In this document: positions 1-7,603 of the stretch, in pieces | Position numbering within the stretch: position 1 is the first letter of the stretch | How the letters are laid out: every line of letters starts with the position of its first letter | Origin: Bacteroidales bacterium | GTDB taxonomy: Bacteria > Bacteroidota > Bacteroidia > Bacteroidales > UBA932 | Direction of reading: 5' to 3' | Length of the DNA: 64,000 nt | NCBI GenBank assembly: GCA_017480345.1 | Contig: JAFVAU010000016.1 | Span: 20,464-84,463, forward strand | Notes under the pieces: model-generated | What the model was told of the DNA's origin: nothing | Databases searched by the model: none | The model's input: the letters and a program-made list of their open reading frames with translations, nothing else | Program-made: the position numbers and the translations under genes

Positions 1-330
1 GGGGCGCGGAACAATATATTCGTAGGATTCGTGGATTGTGGCCAGTACATCGCGGTAACCGGAAATCTCTTCCTCATTCCGGTTCCTGGGCTGTACCTTT
101 TCCTGAACAATGGCTTTGAGGCGTTCATCCGTCGTATAGATACCTTCAATACGGTTGGATGCGTCAGTACTCTGGATCTTTGCCACCTCCAGTAAGGCAG
201 TGAGCACGTCCGGCTCTGCTTCGATGAAAAGATCCTGCCGACCTCGGCATTCATGAAGGCGGGTCAAAAGGGCTACCACCTCGGGTGTGAGAAGGTCTTT
301 GGGACGGTTTATGAAGTCATATCCGTGCAT
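1..330 (-). CDS. Fic/DOC family protein, N-terminal part (gene continues beyond window start)
   Basis: My minus-strand translation from ATG 330..328 reads MHGYDFINRPKDLLTPEVVALLTRLHECRGRQDLFIEAEPDVLTALLEVAKIQSTDASNRIEGIYTTDERLKAIVQEK...PRNRNEEEISGYRDVL. I recognise this as the conserved N-terminal domain of Bacteroidales Fic proteins. It is open to position 1 and is absent from the ORF track because it is cut by the window edge. Confidence 0.6.
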   Translation of the reverse strand, partial: MHGYDFINRPKDLLTPEVVALLTRLHECRGRQDLFIEAEPDVLTALLEVAKIQSTDASNRIEGIYTTDERLKAIVQEKVQPRNRNEEEISGYRDVLATIHESYEYIVPRP

Positions 331-350
331 AGCGCGATTTTTTGATGATG

Positions 351-358
351 CAAATATA
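351..358 (-). promoter_or_regulatory. Bacteroidota -7 box (TATATTTG) upstream of the Fic gene
   Basis: The plus strand reads caaatata, whose reverse complement is TATATTTG. This matches TAnnTTTG and lies 20 nt upstream of the ATG at 330. Confidence 0.4.
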
Positions 359-436
359 GCTTTTTTCTGCCTCAAAAAACAATTTTCTGCACCAAATTCG
401 CAAAAATGATGCAGAAAAGAGTCATAATGAGGTAGA

Positions 437-1231
437 TTATCTGAAGTACTCGTACTTGTCGGTGAGTTTGTTCACCACATCCAGTTGGTCGGCCCGGATA
501 TACTTTTTGAGCATGACCGGAGAGCTGTGCCCCGTCACTTTCATGATATCATACACATCCATGCCGGCCAGATACATAAGCGTTGCACCAGTTCGCCGGG
601 CCGTGTGGGTGTGTATTAGCTTATTCTTGGGAATACGCTCTTTCTTAGGCGTTCCTCCTTTTGTGGTCTCGATTTCCACCTCTTCTGTAATTCCCGCAGC
701 CTGATTCACGTCTTTGATGTAACGGTTGATGACCTGGTCCTCCAAGTGTGGCATATCATAGTTATATTTCTCCAGAATGGCTTTTAGCTGGGAGTTACAG
801 GGGATGGAAACTTTGGCGCCGGTCTTCTGTTGACGGATATTCAGGAAGGTGATCTCCTGTTTTTCAATCCAGGCTTTCTTCTCACCCGGATGCTCAGGGT
901 CATCCTCTTCCTTCATGACATTCTTCACCAGTGTATCAAAGTCCTCCTTGTGGATGTTATTGTAGTCAGAGACACGTTGAGCCGTCCATACACCAACCAT
1001 GAAGATGTCTCTGGCCTGTTCATGACCAGGACTCATTTTGCTCATGTCCACGGCCATCATCTTATCCAGTTCCTCCATGGTAAGATATACACTGTCAATA
1101 TCTACGCGGGCGCCCTTGAACTTCCGGTCCTTGAAGATGGCGTTGGTGTGATGCCCCTCGGCCTCCGCTGCAGCAAGAACACCTTTCAGGATCTTGATGC
1201 ACTTACCGATGGCACCTCCAAAAATGCCCTT
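437..1231 (-). pseudogene. 5'-truncated tyrosine recombinase/integrase (catalytic domain only)
   Basis: ORF 437..1078 plus an in-frame extension back to the stop at about 1234. The C-terminus HTHTARRTGATLMYLAGMDVYDIMKVTGHSSPVMLKKYI carries the HxxR...GH...Y catalytic signature. There are only about 265 codons and no N-terminal arm or SAM-like domain. The open frame begins inside the terminator hairpin of the neighbouring gene. Confidence 0.7.
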
Positions 1232-1257
1232 CTACAACTTTGTAGAAGGGCATTTTT
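1220..1257. terminator. Bidirectional rho-independent terminator (perfect 17-bp stem)
   Basis: aaaaatgcccttctaca-actt-tgtagaagggcattttt. The A-run and T-run flanks give a U-tract on either strand. It lies 35 nt downstream of the Cache-PP2C stop at 1292. Confidence 0.65.
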
Positions 1258-1291
1258 GTTTTCGGCTCAATATACGGTCACACCGCACAGG

Positions 1292-3052
1292 CTACTTGCC
1301 CAGATAGTGCAGGAAGAGCATGGTGAGGTCGTCGCTGGGTTCGGCTTCTCCAACGAAGGCAGCCACGGCGGCTTTCATGGCGTCCATCTGGCCCTGGGCG
1401 GAGCGGCGGGTGTGCAGGACCGCACGGATGCCGCTTTCTCCAAACTGCTCGTGACGGATGTTCTCCGCCTCGTTGAGACCGTCCGTGAACAGGAACAGGG
1501 CATCGTCATACTTCATTTCCACAGACTGCTCCACATAATTGATTCCGGGAAGGACGCCCAGCGGGAGGTTGGGTTCCACCGCAAGCTCCCGGATGGCATC
1601 CGTTAGGATGTACGGGGCATTGTGGCCGGCATTGCAATAGTCCATGTGACCGGTCTTCAAATCCAGCACGCCGCAGAAGAAGGTGACGAACATGTTGTTC
1701 TCGTTTATCTCGTCCATGCTGTCATTGATGGACGATACAATCTTGGCCGGGCTGTCATAATGGGCCGCCAGCGTACGGTACTGGGTACGGGTAACCGCCA
1801 TCAAAAGGGACGCAGGAACGCCCTTTCCGGACACGTCGCCAATGCAGAAATGCAGTTTCTCATCCCGGATGAAGAAGTCGTAAAGGTCTCCTCCCACTTC
1901 CTTGGCCGGCACAATGGAGGCCGACAGATCCAAGTCGTCCCGTTTGGGGAAGGGCGGGAAAATCTTGGGCACCATGGCCATCTGGATATCGCTGGCCACC
2001 TGAAGCTCGTTCTGAATGCGCTCCTTCTGCTTGTTCATCTTGTCGAAGGAGATGTAATTCATGATGACGTAGCGGATGATGAAGATGATCATGAGGATAC
2101 CCAGCAGTTGCAGAAGCATGACAAGCTGGCCGATTTTACGGATACCGGCATAGATTTCCGTCTCCGGAATGATGATGGACATGGACCAGCCGGTACGCTC
2201 TACGGGAGCGAAGAATACCCGGGAAGTGACTCCTTTTTCACGGATGGTCATATTGCCGGACTCCCCGGAAAGCATGGCCCGGTTGAGTGAGGCCAGCGAA
2301 ACGGAATCGTCCATCCCTTTCACCGCATCGGTCACACTCGTTCGCATAATCAGGGTCTCAACCGGGCAGACCATAATCTGGCCGGCGCGGCTCACGACCA
2401 TGCTGAAGGCACTGGGGTACACTTTCACATTGCCCACCAGCTCCGTAAGCCAGTCCAGGGAGATATCGGCCGTAAGGATGGCGGCAACCTGTCCCTTCTT
2501 GTCCCGGATGGGATAGGAATAGGTGGTCATGAGCACTTCCCCGCCCCCATCATCTATATAAGGTTCCGACCAATAGCCCTGCTCCAGTTCCAGGGGCTTG
2601 GAAAACCATTCCTGGGAAGGATAGTCATATTCCTCCGTAGCCAGGCTCTTGAACTCAAGCCCGGCCGGACCCTTGCAGACATAAGGGGAATACAGGGGCC
2701 GACGCTTGTTATACCCCGGAACCAGGGCCACGGTGGAACCAATCACCAACGGGTTGTCTTCCACGATGCGCTGGGCCACGCGGTGAAGGCTGTCCGGCAC
2801 ATCCAGGCACCACTGGGCAATCCAGACGCTGTTGCGCACGGCGGCCTCCGTCTGGTTCACCACATCCATAATCCGGGTGCGGTTGGTTTCCAGCTGGCTC
2901 TCGGCCCTTTTCTGGGCCTCTTCTCTGATTCCCTTGGCAGAATAATAATATTGAATCAGCCCGGTCAGTTCCAGGGTAAGGGTAGCTACCAGCACCAGCA
3001 GGAACCCGGCGCGGGCCCCCTTTCTGATGCCTTCCGTAATCTTAATTTTCAT
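1292..3052 (-). CDS. Membrane sensor phosphatase: TM + Cache-like periplasmic domain + PP2C/SpoIIE domain (RsbU-like)
   Basis: 586-aa ORF. It has an N-terminal TM segment, the Cache-type motif YWSEPYIDDGGGEVLMTTYSYPI, a second TM segment, then the PP2C/SpoIIE motifs VGGDLYDF...GDVSGKGVPASLLMA...DGLNEA...DDLTML. Confidence 0.85.
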   Translation of the reverse strand: MKIKITEGIRKGARAGFLLVLVATLTLELTGLIQYYYSAKGIREEAQKRAESQLETNRTRIMDVVNQTEAAVRNSVWIAQWCLDVPDSLHRVAQRIVEDNPLVIGSTVALVPGYNKRRPLYSPYVCKGPAGLEFKSLATEEYDYPSQEWFSKPLELEQGYWSEPYIDDGGGEVLMTTYSYPIRDKKGQVAAILTADISLDWLTELVGNVKVYPSAFSMVVSRAGQIMVCPVETLIMRTSVTDAVKGMDDSVSLASLNRAMLSGESGNMTIREKGVTSRVFFAPVERTGWSMSIIIPETEIYAGIRKIGQLVMLLQLLGILMIIFIIRYVIMNYISFDKMNKQKERIQNELQVASDIQMAMVPKIFPPFPKRDDLDLSASIVPAKEVGGDLYDFFIRDEKLHFCIGDVSGKGVPASLLMAVTRTQYRTLAAHYDSPAKIVSSINDSMDEINENNMFVTFFCGVLDLKTGHMDYCNAGHNAPYILTDAIRELAVEPNLPLGVLPGINYVEQSVEMKYDDALFLFTDGLNEAENIRHEQFGESGIRAVLHTRRSAQGQMDAMKAAVAAFVGEAEPSDDLTMLFLHYLGK

Positions 3053-3632
3053 CGGCCTTGGAAAAAACTTGATTGATCAATGAAACAAACTCCTTATAGG
3101 CAAAGGTATCCGAAAGCTCTTTCAGGGAATCTGCAAGGCCACGGTAGTGCCACTCATGGTCTTTGGGATCCTTGGCATGGAACAGCGACCACAGGGCATC
3201 ACCCTGGACGGCGTAGTCCCTGGCAATAGCCCTCATATTGGAGAGTTTGTCTCCCAGGGCCACCATCTTTGCCTCATGGGAGGCGGCGGCCAGGCGGTCG
3301 ATGGCCGCCTGCTTGCGGGCATGCCAACTGTCTTCCTCGCTCTGGCCTTCAATGAAGACATCGCTCTCCGACTGGACCAGGGAGGCCACGCGGTCTCCGA
3401 ACCGGGCCCGGATATCCTCGATGGTGACCGAGGTGTCTTCCACGGTATCATGAAGGGCGGCGGCGGCCAGCAGCTCCTGGTCCGGCGTCATGGTAGCCAC
3501 AATTTCCATGGCCTCCATGGGGTGGACAATATAAGGGAAGCCCTTTCCCCTGCGCTCCGAACCGGCGTGTGCCTTGACGGCAAAAACGATAGCCCGGTCC
3601 AGAAAGGCGGTATCAAGCGGTTTGTTTGCCAT
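3042..3632 (-). CDS. HD-domain protein of the RelA/SpoT hydrolase type (hydrolase-only, small alarmone hydrolase-like)
   Basis: 196 aa. Motifs: AHAGSERRGKGFPYIVHPMEAMEIVA, LHDTVEDT (HDxxED) and GDKLSNMRAI. Together these mirror the (p)ppGpp-hydrolase HD domain. Its last 11 nt overlap the start of the Cache-PP2C gene. Confidence 0.75.
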   Translation of the reverse strand: MANKPLDTAFLDRAIVFAVKAHAGSERRGKGFPYIVHPMEAMEIVATMTPDQELLAAAALHDTVEDTSVTIEDIRARFGDRVASLVQSESDVFIEGQSEEDSWHARKQAAIDRLAAASHEAKMVALGDKLSNMRAIARDYAVQGDALWSLFHAKDPKDHEWHYRGLADSLKELSDTFAYKEFVSLINQVFSKADEN

Positions 3633-3633
3633 A

Positions 3634-4101
3634 TTATTTCTTTACTTTGTTCTTGTTGAATATCACGAACTCGTTCATCACGAAGTTGAAACAGCCGGAG
3701 AAGCACAGGCCCAGGAAGTTACAGAACACCGGTTCTATGGACCAATCCTGCAGCCAGCCCAGGGACACGAACAGGAAGTGGAAGCCCTGCATGGCCAGGA
3801 ACTTGATTACATACCCCCCTATGCAAGCTGCGTTGTAGGCGGCGAAATGCCGGAGCATGGAACGGATGCTGCCGGGACTGGATACCCTGTCTTTCCAAAC
3901 CAGGAAATAGGCGATGAAGAAGTTGGCGATGGTGGCCACCTCGAAGGAGATGGTGGGCGCAATCCAGAAACTGCCCCAATAGGAGCCGTCAAAGGCAAAA
4001 TGACTCAGGAGCCAGTGCAGACCTAAATCTACAATGGTTCCCACAGAGCTCGTAAGGGAAAACTTTACAAAATTCCTGAGTATTTCCAAACGACGGTTCA
4101 T
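3634..4101 (-). CDS. GtrA family membrane protein
   Basis: 155 aa with four predicted TM segments. The layout is typical of GtrA (FVKFSLTSSVGTIVDLGLHWLL...). The stop lies 1 nt before the HD gene start. Confidence 0.7.
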   Translation of the reverse strand: MNRRLEILRNFVKFSLTSSVGTIVDLGLHWLLSHFAFDGSYWGSFWIAPTISFEVATIANFFIAYFLVWKDRVSSPGSIRSMLRHFAAYNAACIGGYVIKFLAMQGFHFLFVSLGWLQDWSIEPVFCNFLGLCFSGCFNFVMNEFVIFNKNKVKK

Positions 4102-4106
4102 CAGGG

Positions 4107-4114
4107 CAAAGATA
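4107..4114 (-). promoter_or_regulatory. -7 box TATCTTTG, 5 nt upstream of the gtrA ATG (possible leaderless transcript)
   Basis: The plus strand reads caaagata. The minus strand reads TATCTTTG-CCCTG-ATG. Confidence 0.4.
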
Positions 4115-4161
4115 CAAATTTTTGTTATTGTTACAAAATAACTCTAACTTAGCAATCATAT

Positions 4162-5151
4162 TTGTATACGTGTATGAAACCCATTGTACCTCCTGTAGAC
4201 AGGGAGGCTCTGAAGACCGAACTTAACGAAAAGACCTTCCTGCGCAAGACCAACCGTGCAGGAAATGAGCTTTATGTAGTTGGCCCTGAATCGCTTAACG
4301 TCCTCCGCGAAATAGGCCGATTAAGGGAAATCGCCTTCCGGAACGACGGTGGAGGAACCGGGCAGGAACTGGACCTGGACGAGTTTGACACCAATCCCGT
4401 CTTTGGCTACCGTCAGCTGGTTCTCTGGAATCCTGACGCGCAGGAAATCATCGGAGGATACCGCTTCTGTCTGTGCGACCAGGCCGTCTTTACGGCTCAG
4501 GGGCAGCCCATCCTCACCTCTTCCCACATGTTCGAGTTCTCTCACCGCTTCCTCAAGGAATATCTTCCCTACACCCTGGAACTGGGACGCAGTTTCGTCA
4601 CCGTGGAATATCAGAGCTCCAAGGCCGGAGCCAAGAGCCTTTACGCCTTGGACAACCTTTTTGACGGCATTGCCGCCATCGGCATCCTGTATGGAAAAAG
4701 GATTAAATATTTCTTTGGAAAGGCCACCATCTACCGGGAATATCCCACCGAGGCCAGGGAGATAATCATGGTATTCATGAAGAAATATTTCGGAAAGCAC
4801 AGCCGGCTCATCCATATCCGGAAAGAGGTGAAGGTGGAGAATCCCGACAAATACAAGAAGCTTTTCAAAGGCCTTGATTTCAAGGAGGGCTACAAGGTGC
4901 TGAAAAACCAGATTACGGCCATGGGCGTGTTTGTACCGCCGCTGGTGAACACCTACATGAATCTGTCCCCTACCATGATGTACTTCGGAACCGGCATCAA
5001 CGACGAATTCGGAGATGTCTATGATTCCGGACTCCTGGTCACCTTTGAAGAAATGTACCCGGAAAAGCGCCAGCGTCATGCCGATTCCTTCTTGCAACTG
5101 GGCTGGCGGCATCTCCGCAAGCTCCTTCGCCGATGGCAGAAGAAAAAATAA
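4162..5151 (+). CDS. OlsB/GlsB-like lipid N-acyltransferase (GNAT-fold, hemolysin-type)
   Basis: 329 aa. The segment LREIAFRNDGGGTGQELDLDEFD...YRQLVLWNPDAQEIIGGYRF resembles the N-acyltransferases that make ornithine and glycine lipids. The true start may be the ATG at 4174 (MKPIVPP). Confidence 0.65.
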   Translation: MYTCMKPIVPPVDREALKTELNEKTFLRKTNRAGNELYVVGPESLNVLREIGRLREIAFRNDGGGTGQELDLDEFDTNPVFGYRQLVLWNPDAQEIIGGYRFCLCDQAVFTAQGQPILTSSHMFEFSHRFLKEYLPYTLELGRSFVTVEYQSSKAGAKSLYALDNLFDGIAAIGILYGKRIKYFFGKATIYREYPTEAREIIMVFMKKYFGKHSRLIHIRKEVKVENPDKYKKLFKGLDFKEGYKVLKNQITAMGVFVPPLVNTYMNLSPTMMYFGTGINDEFGDVYDSGLLVTFEEMYPEKRQRHADSFLQLGWRHLRKLLRRWQKKK

Positions 5152-5155
5152 TTGC

Positions 5156-5163
5156 TAAATTTG
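5156..5163 (+). promoter_or_regulatory. -7 box TAAATTTG in the 33-nt gap before the CDP-alcohol phosphatidyltransferase gene
   Basis: gctAAATTTGcag contains TAAATTTG, an exact TAnnTTTG match, 21 nt upstream of ATG 5185. Confidence 0.4.
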
Positions 5164-5184
5164 CAGTCCCAAAGTGTACTGAAA

Positions 5185-5889
5185 ATGTCTGAAGAGAAGA
5201 AACAAGCTGCACGGATTCAGACCTCCATTCTGAATCCCCTCGAGAAAAAAATTTTGGTATGGCTGGCCCAAAGGATGCCGGCATGGGTAACCTCCGACAT
5301 GCTCACATTCGTGGGTTTTCTGGGAGCCGTCATCATGGGCGTGGGTTATGCCCTGTCCAACTTGAACCTCCACTGGCTCTGGCTCAGCTGCTTCGGCCTG
5401 CTGGTAAACTGGTTCGGGGATTCCCTGGACGGCAGCCTGGCACGCGTCAGGGGCACCCAGCGCAAGACGTACGGCTTTTTTATAGACCATAACGTAGACG
5501 TCATCAACGAGACCATCATGTTCGTGGGCGTAGGCTGCAGCCCGCTGGTGAACATGAGCTTTGCCATGATGGCCCTGGTGGGTTATTTCATGCTCAGCAT
5601 CTATGTCTATATAGACTGCCACCTCAAGGGTGAGATGCGTCTCACTTACGGCGGCCTGGGACCCACCGAGTTCCGGCTCCTGCTCATCCTTGTCAACATC
5701 GCCTTCATGTACATCCCCTGGCTGAGCACCTGGAAAAAGGATGTCGTCCTGTTCCACAACCAGTTCTCCGTGGGCCTCTTCGACTATATCGCCGTAGCGG
5801 CGGCCGTTCTTCTGTTCGTCTTCTACCTGACAGGCTTCTTCAAGGATATCAAGTATTACAGCAAGATTGACCCTCCTGTAAAGAAGTAA
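5185..5889 (+). CDS. CDP-alcohol phosphatidyltransferase family protein
   Basis: The diagnostic motif D(x)2DG(x)2AR(x)8G(x)3D(x)3D is present as DSLDGSLARVRGTQRKTYGFFIDHNVD. The protein is polytopic. The track ORF starts at TTG 5152; I prefer ATG 5185 (MSEEKKQ). Confidence 0.8.
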   Translation: MSEEKKQAARIQTSILNPLEKKILVWLAQRMPAWVTSDMLTFVGFLGAVIMGVGYALSNLNLHWLWLSCFGLLVNWFGDSLDGSLARVRGTQRKTYGFFIDHNVDVINETIMFVGVGCSPLVNMSFAMMALVGYFMLSIYVYIDCHLKGEMRLTYGGLGPTEFRLLLILVNIAFMYIPWLSTWKKDVVLFHNQFSVGLFDYIAVAAAVLLFVFYLTGFFKDIKYYSKIDPPVKK

Positions 5890-5892
5890 TCG

Positions 5893-6762
5893 ATGCCTGT
5901 AATCACCCAAGAGCAAGCTGCAGAGAAACTTTCGCCCATTTTCAAAGGAAAAAGGGGAAAGTTTCTTTTCAATCTGGGCATCCGGCTTACCGGCATCAAC
6001 AAGGTTAACCGCATTCACGACAAAGTCTGTGAAAGCGGCGTTCCCTATGGCCCTGAATTCGCCCTGGGCATACTGAAGGAGTGCGGGATAGACTTCCGCA
6101 TCGGGAATGCTCAGAGGCTCCAGAACCTTTCCCAAGGGCCCTTCATTGCCATTTCCAACCATATTTACGGCCATTTGGACGGGATTTGCCTGATGGATGT
6201 GCTGGGACATGTAAGGCCCAAGACCAAGGTGATGGTGAACGAGATGCTCATGTGGATCTACGGCCTGGCGCCCAACTTCATTTCCGTCAATCCCATCGTA
6301 TCGGCCCGGAAGGAAGCCACCGCCACCAGCATCAACGGTGTCAAGAACGCCCTCCTGCAAATCCGGGAAGGAGAGCCGCTGGCTATTTTCCCCTCCGGCG
6401 CCGTGGCCGATTTGAAACCGCGCGAAGGATGGACCCTCAGCGAAAGGGAATGGCAGGACGCCGCCATCCGGCTTATCCGGAAGGCCCATGTCCCCGTCGT
6501 CCCCATCCGCTTCGTAGACCATAATTCCTGGTTCTACTATACTCTGGGGCTTATTGACTACCGCGTCCGTTTTGTCCGTCTCTTTCACGAGCTCTGCAAC
6601 AAGAAAGGCACAAGGCCCCGTATGATCATTGGCCCCACCATCGGCACGGAGCAGATGGATGCGGTCCCCGATGATGAATTCAAAACATTTCTGCGCTCCA
6701 GCGTCTACGACTTGCCGGAGCCGGAGCAATATACCCTCCGATCTGAATTATGGAAGAAGTAA
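5893..6762 (+). CDS. PlsC/OlsA/GlsA-like lysolipid O-acyltransferase
   Basis: 289 aa. The acyltransferase block is FIAISNHIYGHLDG (a NHxxGxxDG variant), followed by AIFPSGAV. The gene starts 3 nt after the preceding gene. Confidence 0.7.
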   Translation: MPVITQEQAAEKLSPIFKGKRGKFLFNLGIRLTGINKVNRIHDKVCESGVPYGPEFALGILKECGIDFRIGNAQRLQNLSQGPFIAISNHIYGHLDGICLMDVLGHVRPKTKVMVNEMLMWIYGLAPNFISVNPIVSARKEATATSINGVKNALLQIREGEPLAIFPSGAVADLKPREGWTLSEREWQDAAIRLIRKAHVPVVPIRFVDHNSWFYYTLGLIDYRVRFVRLFHELCNKKGTRPRMIIGPTIGTEQMDAVPDDEFKTFLRSSVYDLPEPEQYTLRSELWKK

Positions 6763-7562
6763 AAGTTGTCCTCATCACCGGCGGCAGCAGCGGAATTGGC
6801 GCCGCCACCGCCCGCATCCTGGCACAAAGCGGGATGAAAGTATATGCCGGAAGCCGCCGGGGAACCCTTCAGGAGCAGACGCCCGGTGTGGTTCCCGTCA
6901 AATTGGACGTCAATGACGCCGCAGCTACGGAAGCGGTGGTAAAGCGAATCCTCAGCGAAGAAGGCCGGCTGGACGCCGTGGTGTGCAACGCCGGGAACGG
7001 AATCTACGGGCCTGTTGAAGGGACACTGGACCAGGAAGCCCGCAGCCAGTTCGAAACCAATTACTTCGGGGCGCTCAAGACCATCCAGGCCTGCCTGCCG
7101 GTCTTCCGGGAACAAGGGCACGGCCGCATCATCACCGTCACTTCCGTAATGGCCGTGCTGCAACTCCCCTTCCAGGGTTTCTACTCTTCCGTCAAAGCGG
7201 CCCTTCTGTCCCTCTCAGAGTCTCTTTCCCTGGAATTGAAAGGAACTGGAATCCAATGCTGCAGCGTTCTTCCCGGAGATGTGGCCACCGGCTTCACCAA
7301 TGCCCGGAAACTGAACGTGGCCGCTCAGGACCCGGCCTCACCCTATCGGAATAAAATGGACAAAAACCTCCAAAAAATCGAGGCCGATGAAAGAGGCGGT
7401 ATGCAGCCGGACGTGATTGGGAAAGCCATCTTGAAACAGCTCAATAAGAAGAAGATGCGTGTCCGCGTCATCCCCCGCCTGGACTATGCCGCCGTGGGAG
7501 CGTTGGTCCGTTTCCTTCCCGAAAAGTCCAAATTGGCGCTTTTAAACTTTCTGTATACCTAA
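6750..7562 (+). CDS. Short-chain dehydrogenase/reductase (SDR)
   Basis: TGGSSGIG is a Rossmann motif, with NAG and a YSSVK catalytic YxxxK. It overlaps the upstream acyltransferase gene by 13 nt. Confidence 0.85.
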   Translation: MEEVKVVLITGGSSGIGAATARILAQSGMKVYAGSRRGTLQEQTPGVVPVKLDVNDAAATEAVVKRILSEEGRLDAVVCNAGNGIYGPVEGTLDQEARSQFETNYFGALKTIQACLPVFREQGHGRIITVTSVMAVLQLPFQGFYSSVKAALLSLSESLSLELKGTGIQCCSVLPGDVATGFTNARKLNVAAQDPASPYRNKMDKNLQKIEADERGGMQPDVIGKAILKQLNKKKMRVRVIPRLDYAAVGALVRFLPEKSKLALLNFLYT

Positions 7563-7588
7563 CCCTTGGACATTTCAGAAAAAGGGGT

Positions 7589-7596
7589 TAACTTTG
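7589..7596 (+). promoter_or_regulatory. -7 box TAACTTTG
   Basis: Exact TAnnTTTG match 7 nt upstream of ATG 7604. Confidence 0.4.
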
Positions 7597-7603
7597 TTTT
7601 CTT

